A stretch of DNA of 64,000 nucleotides from the human T2T-CHM13v2.0 reference genome, Homo sapiens. The stretch lies in the NCBI RefSeq assembly GCF_009914755.1, contig NC_060940.1; one strand, written 5' to 3'. The translations under genes were made by a program, and so were the position numbers. The notes beneath the pieces are model-generated. The model searched no databases, was not told the DNA's origin, and saw nothing but the letters and a program-made list of their open reading frames with translations. Below, piece by piece: positions 1 to 12,078 of this stretch; the stretch's first letter is position 1, and each line of letters begins with the position of its first letter.

Positions 1-812
1 TATGGTGTTGTGCCTGCAGGTGCACAAAAGTCAAGAATTGAGGTTTGGGAACCTTTGCCTAGATTTCAGAGGATGTATGGAAATGCCTGGATGTCCAGGG
101 AAAAGTCTGCTGCAGGGGTGCACCGCTCATGGAGAACATCTACTAGGACAGTGCAGAGGGGAAATGTGGGGTTGGAGACCCCACACAGAGTCTCCACTGA
201 GGCTCCAGGAGTGTGTCACCACCTGCAGCTTGGCAAGCTGGACTGGAATGTGTTACAGAGCTGTGAGAAGAAGGCCACCATCCTCCAGATCCCAGAACTG
301 TAGATTCACTGACAGGTTGCACTGGGCACCTTGAAAAGTGGCAGGCACTCAACACCAGCCTGTGAAAGTAGCTGTAGGGACTGTTTCCAGCAGAACCACA
401 GAGACAGAGCTGTACAAGGCCTTAGGAGTCCACCTCTTGCATCAGCATGCCCTGAATATGAAACATGGAGCCAAAGAAGATTATTTTGGAACCTTAAGAT
501 TTAATGACTGCCTTGCTGGGTTTCAGACTTGCATGGGTGTGTGCACCCTTAGTTTTGGCCAATTTCTTCCTTTTGCAATGGAAACATTTACCCAATGTCT
601 GTATTCCCATTGTATCTTGGGAGTAACTAACTTGTTTTTGATTTTACAGACTCATAGGTGGAAGGCACTTGCCTTGTCTCAGATGAGACTTTGGACTTGA
701 ACTTTTGAGTTAATGTAGTAATCAGTTAAGACTTTGGGGTGTTCTGTGGCAAGGCATGATTGGCTTTAAAATGTGAGAATTACATGACATTTTGGAGGGG
801 TCAAAGGCATAC
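1..812 (+). mobile_element. MaLR internal sequence (MSTA-int/THE1-int type), 3' part, running off the window start
   Basis: Typical MST/THE1-int text (gaggtttgggaacct...gatttcagaggatgtatggaaatgcctggatgtccagg; cttgccttgtctcagatgagactttggact), ending in a purine tract immediately before an LTR. Confidence 0.9.
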
Positions 813-1195
813 TGACATGGTTTGCCTCTGGGTCCCAACCCAAATCTCATATCAAATTATAATTCCCATGTGTCAGGGGAGAATCCTGGTGGGAAGTGAT
901 TGGATCACAGGGGCAGATTTCCCCTTTTCTGTTCTTGTGATAGTGAGTGTTTTCTCACAATATCTGATTGCTTAAAAGAGTGTGACCCTTCTCCCCTTTC
1001 TCTCTCTCTGTCTCCTGCCACCATGTGAAGAAGGTGCTTGCTTCTCCTTTGCTTTCTGCCATAATTGCAAGTTTCCTGAGACCTCCCAGTCATTCTTCCT
1101 GTTAAGCCTGCAGAACTGTGAGTAAATTAAGCCTCTTTTCTCCACACATTACCCAGTCTCAGGTCTTTGTAGCAGAGCAAGAATGGACTAATACA
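813..1195 (+). mobile_element. MSTA-like MaLR 3' LTR
   Basis: Starts tgacatggtttg...cccaaatctcat and ends gaatggactaataca; contains cttcctgttaagcctgcagaactgtgag. Confidence 0.88.
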
Positions 1196-2930
1196 GGGTG
1201 GTACCATTGCAACGGCAGTGGCAAAAGGGTTGTGGGTTGACTCTTGGAACTCCTCCTCAGGGTAATGCTGGACTGATTCTTATTGAAGTAGTCAGGTAGG
1301 GACAGGGTGGTTGTGCTGAAGTCTCAAGTCAGGCAGCTATGCCCAGTGAGGAGGAGTGACTACCAGGACCTGTGTGGAGAATAGCCTGGCCACTTTTTCA
1401 TGAGGTGAGTGCTCTCTGCTGGGAATCCTGAGCAGCCCTGGTCCTGCATACTTTCCAGAGCCTGGAGACAGCAACAGCATGGGCTGTGAGACAGCAAAGA
1501 GAGCATCCCACTCCTCCCACTAGGAGCTCTGTCCCAGGGAGTTGCAGAGCTGCTACTGGGTTGATAGCCACAGCAGGAGTTGGCTGGAGACCAAGAGCAG
1601 GAGGACTCACTCAGTGAGGAGATAAGGGGACCCACATAACAAACAGTCTGGTCACTTTTCTATAGGGCTGCTGCAGTATGCTGGGTGCCTGCTCCAGTCC
1701 CTAGTTACCCCAGATTTGTCAGTACCTGAAGGCATCAACAGTGAAGACTGCTAAACAGCAAAAATGGCAACCTGATCCTCCCTCTTGGTGCTCTATTTAA
1801 GGGAGGTTTGAAACTTCTGCCTGCAGGAAAACACCGGCATGTGTGGCTGGTGACCCTAGTTGGGAAGTTTGGCCTAGTTATGAGGAGCAAGATCAGGGAT
1901 CTGCATTAAAAAAGCAGTCTGGCCACTCTTTTATAGAGCAGCTGTGCTGTGTTGGGTGTCCAATCCAGCCCCAGGTCTCTTTGCACTCTCCAAAGACTGA
2001 TGGCAACAAAGGCTAAGGCTGTGAAACAGCAAAGATGGTGGCCCGTGAGCTCTGTCCCAGGGAGATTTGAAACTGCTGCCAGCTGGAAAACACCAGTGGG
2101 CGTGGTTATAGACCTGGGTCAGGAGGTTCCACCCAGCGAAGAGAAATAGGATCTGGGACCAGCATGAGAAAGCAGTCTGGTTGCTTCTTTGTAGAGCTGC
2201 TGGGCTGTGCCAGGGGATCACTTCACTCCCTAGTAACTTCAGACTCCCTAGAGTCCAAAGGCAACAATCGCTAAGGCTGTGAAACAGCAAAGATGGCAGC
2301 CTGCCCCTCCCTCTAGAAGCTCCATTCCAGGGAGATGTAATGCTGCTACTCGTAGCTGGCTGGATTTCCAAGCCAGTGGGACTTATTCTGCAAGGTACCA
2401 TGGAAGCAGGGCCTGCAGACTATCCCTTCTAAGCCCCCTGGATTCCTTTTCTTAGGGGTACGTATACAGGTCTAACCTCCTGCTTTGCCAAAGTTGCAGC
2501 TGCTTTTGCCAGGAAGCCCAGGTATCTAAAGCTCCTGGGGCTCCACATGTGCCTGAGTGGGTGCTCTGCCAAGACTCCACATAGCTCTCTGCATGTCAGA
2601 CTGCAGGCCCTGGTGGGGTGAATTCACAGGGAAATTTTCTGACCAGAGAGTTTCAAAGATTTGTGGGAGAAGTGTGAGTCCTAGGGTTGCTCACTCACTC
2701 ACCACTTCCCTGGGCAGGAGAGGCTCCCCTAGCTCCGTGTCACTCCTGAGTGGGTGGTCATTCTGCCTTGCTTTTCTTCATGCTGTGTGGGTTGAACTGT
2801 TTTTTTGATGAATCCCAATGTGCATACCTGGATGTTTCAGTTGAAGGTGCTGTATATACTTGCCCCCTCTATTTCTCTCTGTGAGAGTGGGTACAGTATC
2901 TGCTTCTAGCTGACTATCTTTGTCGATTCC
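1196..2930 (-). mobile_element. L1 5' UTR (L1PB/L1PA13-16 class), antisense, with internal ~265-bp repeats
   Basis: Reverse complement near 2900-2920 reads aagatagtcagctagaagcag, like the L1 start motif aagatggccgactagaagcag; repeated aaggctgtgaaacagcaaagatgg modules. Confidence 0.75.
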
Positions 2931-2965
2931 CAATCTCATTCTTTTTTATGGCTGCATAGTATTTC

Positions 2966-3267
2966 TTTTCTTTTCCTTTTTTTGAGACAGAGTTTTGCTC
3001 TTGTTGTCCAGGCTGGAGTGCAATGGTGCCACCTTGGCTCACTGCAACCTCTGCCTCCTGGGTTCAAGCGATTCTCCTGCCTCATCCTCCTGAGCAGCTG
3101 GGATTACAGGTGACCGCCAACACACCCAACTATTTTTTTGTATTTTTAGTAGAAACAGGGTTTCACCATGTTAGCCAGGCTGGTCTTGAAATTCTGACCT
3201 AAGGTGATCTGCCTGCCTTGGCCTCCCAAAGTTCTGAGATTACAGGCATGAGCTACCATGCCCAGCC
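2966..3267 (-). mobile_element. AluS (Sq/Sx-like)
   Basis: Full dimeric Alu with T-rich tail; TSD gctgcatagtatttc at 2951-2965 and 3270-3284. Confidence 0.95.
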
Positions 3268-3347
3268 CAGCTGCATAGTATTTCATGGTGTATATATACC
3301 ACATTTTCTTTAACCAGTCCACCATTGATAGGCATCTAGGTTGATTC

Positions 3348-5116
3348 CAATGGGACTGGCTGACCATCTGGAGTGGCTGCAGCCATGATGCCAGCTGCAG
3401 CAGGGGAGGTGTGTCCAGGGCTATACACTCTGTGGAGCTGATGGGGGCTAGAAACAGGTAATCCCAGTGGGAGCCCCACACCCTACTGAGTTGGGTGGGG
3501 CAGGAGCCTACGCTCCTGACTGCAGCTGCAGCTGCCCAGCTGGGGCTCCAGATCCAGGCATCCCTGTGCTCTCAGGGGATCAGGAAGCCCTGCAGGCTTG
3601 TAAGTGCCTGCTCCTGCTCCCTGGACTCTCCCTGCTCCCAGTGCCAGCTCTGGTGTGGAGCAAAGTTGTGGCTGAGCCCAGGTGCTGTTGTGTTTTGGCC
3701 GGGTGTGTGCATGTTCAAGGTAGTGCTGATATGCCAGCCCCCTGCCTCCTTGGCCCCCTCTAGACTTTGGGCACTGACAAGTGCAGAAGGAGGCCCTGGG
3801 GCTGAGGGTGGCTTTGCGTGAACATGCAGGTGCCCCATGGCACAGATATAGTCTGGGCACCATGGATGGCATGTTGACGGTGGTGGGAGACAGACAGGTC
3901 CCTAGGCAAGAAGGGGTGAGTTCCTGGTGAAACCACACCTTCAAGCCAGAGACAGCCTGAAGCCTTTGGGGCTGGGCTGTCACTTCTGTGTGGAGTCTGC
4001 AACCTGGAGTAAGAACTTCATTGATGCCTTTTGGCCAGTGGTATGGTGCTTTTTTCAGGCCTGCCGATGGATGCCCATGGACCAATCAGCATGCGCTTCC
4101 TCCCTTCTGAGCCCATAAAAACCCCTGACTCAGTCAGATTTAGACACTTGCCTGCAGATAGTAACTACCAACTTCAGGTCTCCTGAGAGCCATTTTGTCA
4201 CTCAGTAAAGCACCTCTCCACCTTGCTCACCCTGCAGTTGTCCACATAACCTCATTCTTCCTCAACGTGGGACAAGAACTTTGGATCCACCAAATGGCAG
4301 GAGTCAAAGGAGCTGTAACATATTCCTGGCCAGCTTGCCAACCTGCAGGTGGTGACACACTCCACAGTGGGAGCAAAGAGTGTCAACCCTGCTGGGGCAC
4401 CAGACCTTGGGATTTCCCAAGCCAGAGATGCTCTAACACCATAGCCCTCCTGCCCTTTTCCAGCGCTAGGCAGCTGCCCCATGTGACAGGAGCAGTGGTA
4501 TGGCTGGGCCAACCCAGGAGCTGCAGGCTGGAGCAGGGTGGTGGGACTGAAGGAGCTTAACACAAATGGGCTGAAACATGACCCCCCAAAACACTCCCCA
4601 ACCTCTCACAGCACTGTGGGCAATGAGAAGGAGAGAAGAGCTGTGGCCCTTCTGGGAGCCTAGACCTTGGGACTCCCCAAGATACACTCTAACACCCTCT
4701 TTGGGATTATGCAGTTCTTGGCATCTCTGTACTTTTGGGTGTCACTGCGTTCACCTCATCTAGATGCTGGTGGCCACAGCGAAAGCCACTTGAGTTATGT
4801 CTGGTCCAGCCACAGCCTTGCATGAAGCTGGCACCTGTGTCAGCATCTGGAGCTGCCTGCCCTGCCACAGCAGCCGGTGTGCCTCACTGTGTGCTGTGGC
4901 CAGACCCCATGCTCGCTCACTCACACACTCCTTGCCACTCCACACCTGGCTTGCATTGGCAGGCATAAGCTTGGGGCTGATAGTGTAAGCCAAAGGCAGC
5001 CTGCTGGACTCAGTGAGTGGAATGATCCCAGTGGGTGTGAGCAAAACTCAAGCAGAGGTGCTGCTGGCCACAGAGGTTTCTGGCTGGCAAAGCCACAAGC
5101 TAAGTGTCCTGTGACA
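3348..5116 (+). mobile_element. MER52-family (ERV1) 5' LTR, ~1.77 kb
   Basis: Long CpG-decayed GC-rich LTR with cccataaaa TATA-like box (~4112) and agtaaa signal (~4204); ends gtcctgtgaca, followed by a PBS. Confidence 0.85.
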
Positions 5117-7286
5117 TTTGGAGGGGCTCGTCGGGGATCTGCAGAAGGGTGAGTTAAAGCAGACTTGCCACTCTCTGTCCTTTTTTCGGAGTCCCTAAAC
5201 TCCACAATAGTCAAAATGAAAGAAAAACACAGGGCCTCTGTCGGCCTGTTAAAAGAACTATCTCAGCTGCTGAACTTAAGACACCGAGAATAAGCTTGCT
5301 GGGGAGGAAACTGGCAATCCTCCATCACCCTTGGGTGTTGGAAATGTTGGCTTTGTTCCAATCCAGTTGGTACTTGGACCTCCAGTCCTTCCCGTTGCAC
5401 TTTCTTTCTGTCTTTCAAGACTGTGGTGGTGTTATCCTGTCTTTACATACAATGTTAAGGATGTTGTTGCAAAGCACAGAGACAATATTATACCGTAATG
5501 GGCTTTTGGGGACTGGAGCCAGTCTAGGAGCCTTCACGCAATGCCAAGGTGTGGCCTCAGCCAGATGCCTTCAGTTACCCCAGGACCTTACTCCAATCCT
5601 GTGCAACAGCTAGATCTCCATGAAAGGAAACTGGATTGGAACAAAGCCAATATTTCCATTTCCATGCCTTCTTAAAATATTTTACCAAAAACACATTTTA
5701 CTTTCCTTACACGCCTTGCAAGTACACTTATTTTCAGTCATCTCAATTACATGTTATAATGGTAACTATTAGCAATGTTTAATTTTGGTGTAAACCCTGG
5801 TAAGTTATTTTAATTATGTACTAGAAGCAGATAAGGTCTCACTTTTTCCAGCGTAGTTAAGATTGTGGTTAACTCCATATATCCCCAAGACTTACCAAAC
5901 TGTAAAGTGTGTGTGTCAAACAATTTTCAAAAGCCAAAGAAGCAGTTTATGACCTTAAAGCATTTAGCCAGCCTAATACTTGACCTGCATAATTTATAAG
6001 AAGGCATGGGATGTAAATTTTTACCTTGTTTAGAGGGTTAAATAATTGTTTTAAATTAGTTAAGATAAAGCTAAAGGTTTAAATAAGTTGTGGAAGGTTT
6101 ATAGAAATTAATCTTGTAAAAGAAATTCTATATATGCACTTACTGACTAAATTCAAAAGGGTATTATTTGGTTTTTCCATAAATTGAACATGGAAATAAA
6201 AGCACAACAGAGTTTTCTTAAGTCACTGATCTTCTATTTAACAAAAATTTGTAAAGGGCTATAAAAGTGTTATAAGAATCTCACCTCATGGTCAAACTGA
6301 TTAAGGTTGGATAGATTTTTCTGTAAGGTTTTATTAAAAATTGGGGTTGATATTAATAGCAGACTAATGCAACGTTGAAATTTTGCTTTCTGTCTTCTTG
6401 AATAAGGTTTTCATGTCATAGTAAAGGATAATGAAAGATTTTTGTTTGCCTTTTGAATAAGCTACTGAAAAAAGAAGCAAAAGACAGGTTGTTTGGAAAG
6501 TTAAGTCTTCCCTCTTAATGAGTTAAGGTTTTTGATTTTTAAAAAAAAAAAATCGAGTCATCAGTTTGGCTAAATAAATAACTTATGGTAATCTGGAATT
6601 ATTTTCCATAATATCTAGTGTTTTAAACCTTTAACATATTTGATAGGCTTTCCAAAATCAAATTGCAGCTAAAAATTGTCTTTTCTGACCCCTAACTTTA
6701 GGATGCTACAGAGGGCCCCCAAAGCATCCAAAAGAAAGGGAAACAAGATTATTTGGCATGTTAAGTTACATAGGATTGTCAAAATAAAAATAATACCAAA
6801 ATTTGTATCAATATTTTAGTTCTGAGCAATTATCCTGCAAATCCTGCCAGGTAATGGGGGTAAACATGGTGCCAATAACCCAGAGGTTCCTTATTTGGAA
6901 AAAAAAAAAAAGATCAAGGGAGCTAACCAAAGCCAAGCCCCATGCATCCAAGTCTTAGCAGGCATAACTATAGCCACCAGTTATCTGGGTGTGTAAGCAG
7001 CCTCAGGATTTTTAAGCTGTCTTTACCCCTTTGTTTTGTTTTGATACATGTCTTTTAAGAACTCGCTGTCTTCTCTTCTTGCCTTCAGGCCATCAAACTC
7101 CAAATGGTATTGCAAACAGAGCCTTGGACAATGGCTCCCTTTTCATGGAGACCCTTGACAGGCCTCTGAGAGAGATCTGACTGTCTTTTTCCCAAAACAG
7201 CGTGCCCCCTGTCAACATGAGGCAGTTAAGAGCAGTCATCGTCGCTATCTTAATGGCAGTTAGATGTATCTCTTCTGAGGGGTGAT
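5117..7286 (+). mobile_element. MER52-int/MER4-group internal region, heavily deleted (~2.2 kb), non-coding
   Basis: PBS, splice donor gg|gtgagt at 5149, AT-rich MER4-group-like body, env-tail-like text (gccatcaaactccaaatgg) and polypurine tract gagggg before the 3' LTR. Confidence 0.8.
5119..5138 (+). other. Retroviral primer binding site, tRNA-Pro type
   Basis: tggaggggctcgtcggggat versus the canonical Pro PBS TGGGGGCTCGTCCGGGAT, 2 nt after the LTR end. Confidence 0.85.
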
Positions 7287-7568
7287 TGATGGCAGCGGTG
7301 GTTCATGGTGGCACCTGGAAGCTGCCCACTCTGCCACAGCAGCCAGAGTTCTTGGCTGTGCACAGTGGCCAGGCCCCATGCTCACTCACTCTCACATCCC
7401 TTGCCATTCCATGCTTGGCTTTTCCTTGGCAAGTGTGGGATTGGGACTAGTAGAAAAAGCCAAATGCAACCTGCTGGGCTGAGTGGGTGGAAGCAAAATT
7501 CAAGCAGAGGTGCCACCAGCCACAGAGGTTTCCAGCTGGCAAAGGGACATCCTAAGGATCCCATATCA
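7287..7568 (+). mobile_element. MER52 3' LTR with ~1.5-kb internal deletion
   Basis: Starts tgatggcagcggtgg, then jumps to sequence homologous to 4841-5116; ends ...atca; approximate 4-bp TSD attc (3344-3347) / attt (7569-7572). Confidence 0.85.
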
Positions 7569-9879
7569 ATTTCATGCCTTTGCTGTTGTGATAATGCTGT
7601 AATAAATATACACATGCATGTATCTTTATGGTCAAACGATGTATATTCCTTTGGGTATATTCTTAGTAATGGGATTGCTGTGTCAAATGGTAGTTCTATT
7701 TTAAGTTCTTTGAGAAATCTCCAGACTGCTTTCCGCAGCAGCAGAACTAATTTACATTCTTGCCAACTGTGTATAAGCATTACTTTTTCTCTTCAACCTC
7801 ACCAGCCTCTGTTATTTTTACTTTTTCACAATAGCCATTCTGACTGGTGTGAGATGGTATCTTGCTGTGGTTTTGATTTGAATTTCCCTCATGATTAGTG
7901 ATATTGAGCATTTTTTATATGTTTGTTGGCCTCATGTATGTCTCCTTTTGAGAAGTGTCTCTTCATGTTCTTTATCCAGTTTATTAATGGGGTTGTTATT
8001 TCTTCTTGAGGTCCTTACATATTCTGGCTATTCAGCTTTTGCTGGATGCATAGTTTGCAAATATTTTCTCTCATTCTGTAGGTTGTCTGTTTACTCTGTT
8101 GATAGTTTCTTTTGTTGTCCAGAAACTCTTTAGTTTAATTGGGGTTAATCTGTTATTTTTTTGTTTTGTGGCAATTGCTTTTGGAGTCTTCATCATGAAG
8201 ACTTTGCCAGGACCGATGTCCAGAATGGTATTTCCCAGGTTTTTTTCTAGTGTTTTTTCTAGTTTTGGGTTTTACATAAATCTTTTATCCATCTTAAGTT
8301 GATTTTAGCATACGTTGAAAGGCAGAGGTCCAGTTTCAATCTTCTGTATATGGCTAGCCAGTTATCCCAGCACCATTTATTGAAAAGGAAGTTCTTTCCT
8401 TATTGTTTGTTATTTCCAGCTTTCTCAAACAACAGATTGTTGTAGATCTGCAGGTTTATTTCTGGGTTATCTAACCTGTTCCATTGGTATATGTTTCTGT
8501 TTTTGTACCAATACCATGCTGTTTTAGTTACTTTTCCCTTGTAGTATTGTTTGAAGTTGGGTAGTGTAATGCTCTAGCTTTGTTCTTTTTGCTTAGGATC
8601 GCTTTGGCTATTAGGGCTCTTTTTGGTTTCAAATAAATTTTAGAATTTTTCTTTCGATTCTATGAAAAATGTCATTGGTCATAGGAATATCAAACATTTG
8701 GTTTGGTTGGTGGTTTGCAATGAATCTATAAATTGCTTTGGGCACTATGGCCATTTTAATAATATTGATGCTTCCTATTCATGAGCATGGAATGTATTTC
8801 CACTTGTTTGTGTTATCTCTGATTTTTTTTTCAGCAGTGTTTTGTAATTTTTGTTGTAGGGGTCTTTCACCTCCATAGTTAGTTGTATTTCTCTGTATTT
8901 TATTTGTTTTGTGGCTATTGTGAACAGGATTGCATTCTTGATTTGGCTCTCAGCTAGGACATTCTTGGTGTTTTCCTAGATATAGAATTATACTGTCTGT
9001 GAAGAGAGATAGTTTGACCTTCTCTCTTCCTATTTGGATGCTTTTTATTTCTTTCTCTTGCCTGATGGCTCTTGCTAGGACTTTCAGGACTATGTTGCAT
9101 AGAAGGATTGAGAGTGGGCATGCTTGCTTTGTTCCCGTTTTCAAGGGGAATGCTTCCAGCTTTTGCTCATTCAGTATGATGTTGGCTGTGGATTTGTCAT
9201 AGATGGCTTTTATTATTTTGAGGTACGTACCTTTGATGCCTAGTTTTTTGAGGATTTTTAACATGAAACATTATTGAATTTTATCAAAGCCTTTCTGCAT
9301 GTATTGAGATAGTCATGTGGTTTTTGTCTTTAGTTCTGTTTATGTGATGAATCACATTTATTGATTTACATATGTTGAACCAATCTTGTGTTCCAGAAAT
9401 AAAAGCTACTTGAGCAAGGTAGACTAGCTTTTTGATATGCTGCTGGATTTGATTTGCCATTATTTTGTTGATGATTTTTGCATTTATGTTCATCAGGAAT
9501 ATTGGCCTGAAGTTTTTTGTTGTTGTTGTTTTTTCTTGAACAACACTAGGTTCTATGTATTCTCTGTCCAGTCATTAGGTAGAGATATTCCATGCTGGAT
9601 ACTCCATAATATTCTTTGACATTATTCTCTTATGATTTTCCTCAAGTCTGAAAATTTAAAAACAAAAATCTCCCTAAGCTAACCAAATCCTGAAAACCCT
9701 GGGCTGGTACCCATTTCCTAAATAATACAGTCAAGTATCAAATGTTCTCATTTTGACTGCTTCCCACATACCTGTATTGACCAAATTCTGCTTCACACAT
9801 TCTGCATAAAAACTCTGAGCACACTGTGCATTTTTTTGCTTCCGTATTCACAAACTCTTTTCCATTTTTGTCCTTTTCT

Positions 9880-11000
9880 CTTTATTTTCTATTTCTTATC
9901 CTTCAAGATTCAACTAAAATGTCATCTCTTCTAGGAAAACTTCCATAACTTTTTCCCCTAAGCTGGTGAAATTTATTCACCCTGGTTCTGAGTAAATTTC
10001 ACTGCTATTTTTTTCATTTTATTTGATATTGTTACAAAGTTTCCTGTTCATGCATGAGTCTCACTAAAGAAAAAAATAAAACTTTTTCATACATATTCTT
10101 TGTATCACTTTACTTCTGACATCAAAGTGTGATAGACTCCCACACTAACCAATTCTCCAAATTTCAATGGACACCAAGTGAGTGTCCTACAATTTAACTA
10201 AATTCTGACACTACATGTTGAGTCAGTGCAGATCCTGTAAGTTAAAGTCTCAGTCCCATAAGACTGCCCCCCTCCTACTTCAGATGTCAATCACAAGTCC
10301 CAGGTTGTCAACTATACTTTTGACCAAATTGCTACAAATTGGCAATTCTAGTAATTCCTCTTCTCCAGGTTCCGTAACTTGCTATAATGGCTCATACATC
10401 TCAGGGAAACATTTTTCTGGCTTATAATAAAGGATATTACAAAGCCTACAAAGACATAGCCAGATAAAGGGGGACATAAAGTAAGGTCCAGAAGAGCCCC
10501 AAGCACAATAGCTTCTGTCCCTATGAAACTGGGTTGTGCAGCCTCCTAGCACACGGATGTGTTCACCAAGCTGGAAGATCTCTGGATCCCATTATAGTTT
10601 AGGGATTTTTATGGAGGTTTCATCATCTAGGCACCACAGATTTTCAACTCAATATTCAGCCCCCTTCCCTCCCTGGAAAGGGCAGTGGCAGTTGAGGCCA
10701 AAAGTTCCAATCTGAACATGGCTTGAACCTTCTGGTAACTAGCTCCCATCCTGAAGCTATCCAGGAACTCACCAAGAGTTGTGTCACTAGAACAAAACAT
10801 CCTCCTTATTACCCAAGAAATTCTAAGGAATGTAAGACCTCCATGTCAGTAACAGGGGCAGAGACCAAATATATATTTATTATGCCACATTCACCTAGCA
10901 ATCTTAAAGCTCTATGAGAGCAAAGCCCATGTCTTAATTACTGAACAGCTGTTATAATAGATGTTAGTGTTGTAAAAATATGTGTCTGTTGAATAGCAGG
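9880..11000 (+). mobile_element. L2 3' fragments flanking the MER21C insertion
   Basis: tccttcaagattcaactaaaatgtcatctcttctaggaaaac and aagctctatgagagcaaagcccatgtctt resemble degraded L2 3' sequence. Confidence 0.45.
10062..10889 (-). mobile_element. MER21C-like solo LTR
   Basis: Reverse complement begins tgtggcataataaatatatatttggtctctgcccc; contains aattctgacactac...cagtcccataagactgccccc. Confidence 0.82.
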
Positions 11001-11389
11001 ATTCATAAACGAGTCATCCTTCCTCAATAATCCTACATTTTCACGCTACAAAGAGGCTAATAGCCTTTACTCAAAACTTCTCCCAATGAATAGTAATAGG
11101 ATCACAGGTACTTCTGAAGAAAAAAATACATTCTGTAGCTATAATACTGCTTATCACATAGCAAATTTAATCATACATAAAAAATACATTATCAATAACT
11201 ACTGCCTAACGAGGGAAAGCAGTTCTAAATAGTGTCTTCATATAAAACTCTTACAAATTGATTGAATTCACTATTGATCATTCTTTGGAAATTCTCTCTT
11301 GAAGTTATTTAGGAGTCAGAGGTAATACATGCTGAGAATATAATTAGGATTAATACAGAGAGAAAGACATGATTAACAGACCATCACCT

Positions 11390-11722
11390 CATAGATGCAG
11401 CTGGAGGCCATTATCCTGAGTGAATTAATGCAGGAACAGAAAACCAAATACTGCATATTCTCTCTTATAAGTGGGAGCTAAACATTGAGTGCTGATACAG
11501 ACATAAAGATGACAACAATAGACCTCGGGGGCTACTAGAAGAAGGAGACAGGGAAGAGGGCAAAGGTTGAAAAACTAACTGTTGGGTACTATGCTCAGTA
11601 CCTGGGTAATAGAATCAATTGCACATCAAACCTCAGCATCGTACAGTATACCCACAAACAAACCTGCACAAGCACCTTCTGAATCTAAAATATAAATAGA
11701 AATTATAAACAAACAAACAAAC
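11390..11722 (+). mobile_element. L1PA15/16-like 3' end
   Basis: ctggaggccattatcct...aagtgggagctaaacattgag...aactgttgggtactatgctcagtacctggg...ctgaatctaaaata with A-rich tail. Confidence 0.85.
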
Positions 11723-11798
11723 CATTTAAAAATGTTTAAGTGGGCATCAGACGATTAGGATGCAAGGTTACAGTAAAAACCTTAAATAACTGAATACT

Positions 11799-12078
<280 letters not shown>

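Larger units (their letters stand above)
2931..9530 (-). mobile_element. L1 ORF2 3' half (L1PB/L1PA13-16 class), antisense, interrupted by an Alu and a MER52 provirus
   Basis: Colinear ORF2 antisense sequence at 2931-2965, 3268-3347 and 7569-9530; ORF remnants [54 protein letters not shown]. Confidence 0.9.

Noticed and set aside
1931-2401. 156-aa minus-strand ORF with a repeated PSLLFHSLS motif
   Set aside because: It is a translation of the L1 5' UTR tandem modules, not a gene.
3467-5214. Many overlapping 60-200 aa ORFs on both strands
   Set aside because: All lie in the GC-rich MER52 LTR, where stop codons are scarce; no recognisable protein motifs.
7305-7898. 197-aa ORF
   Set aside because: Chance read-through from LTR into antisense L1; no ATG context or homology.
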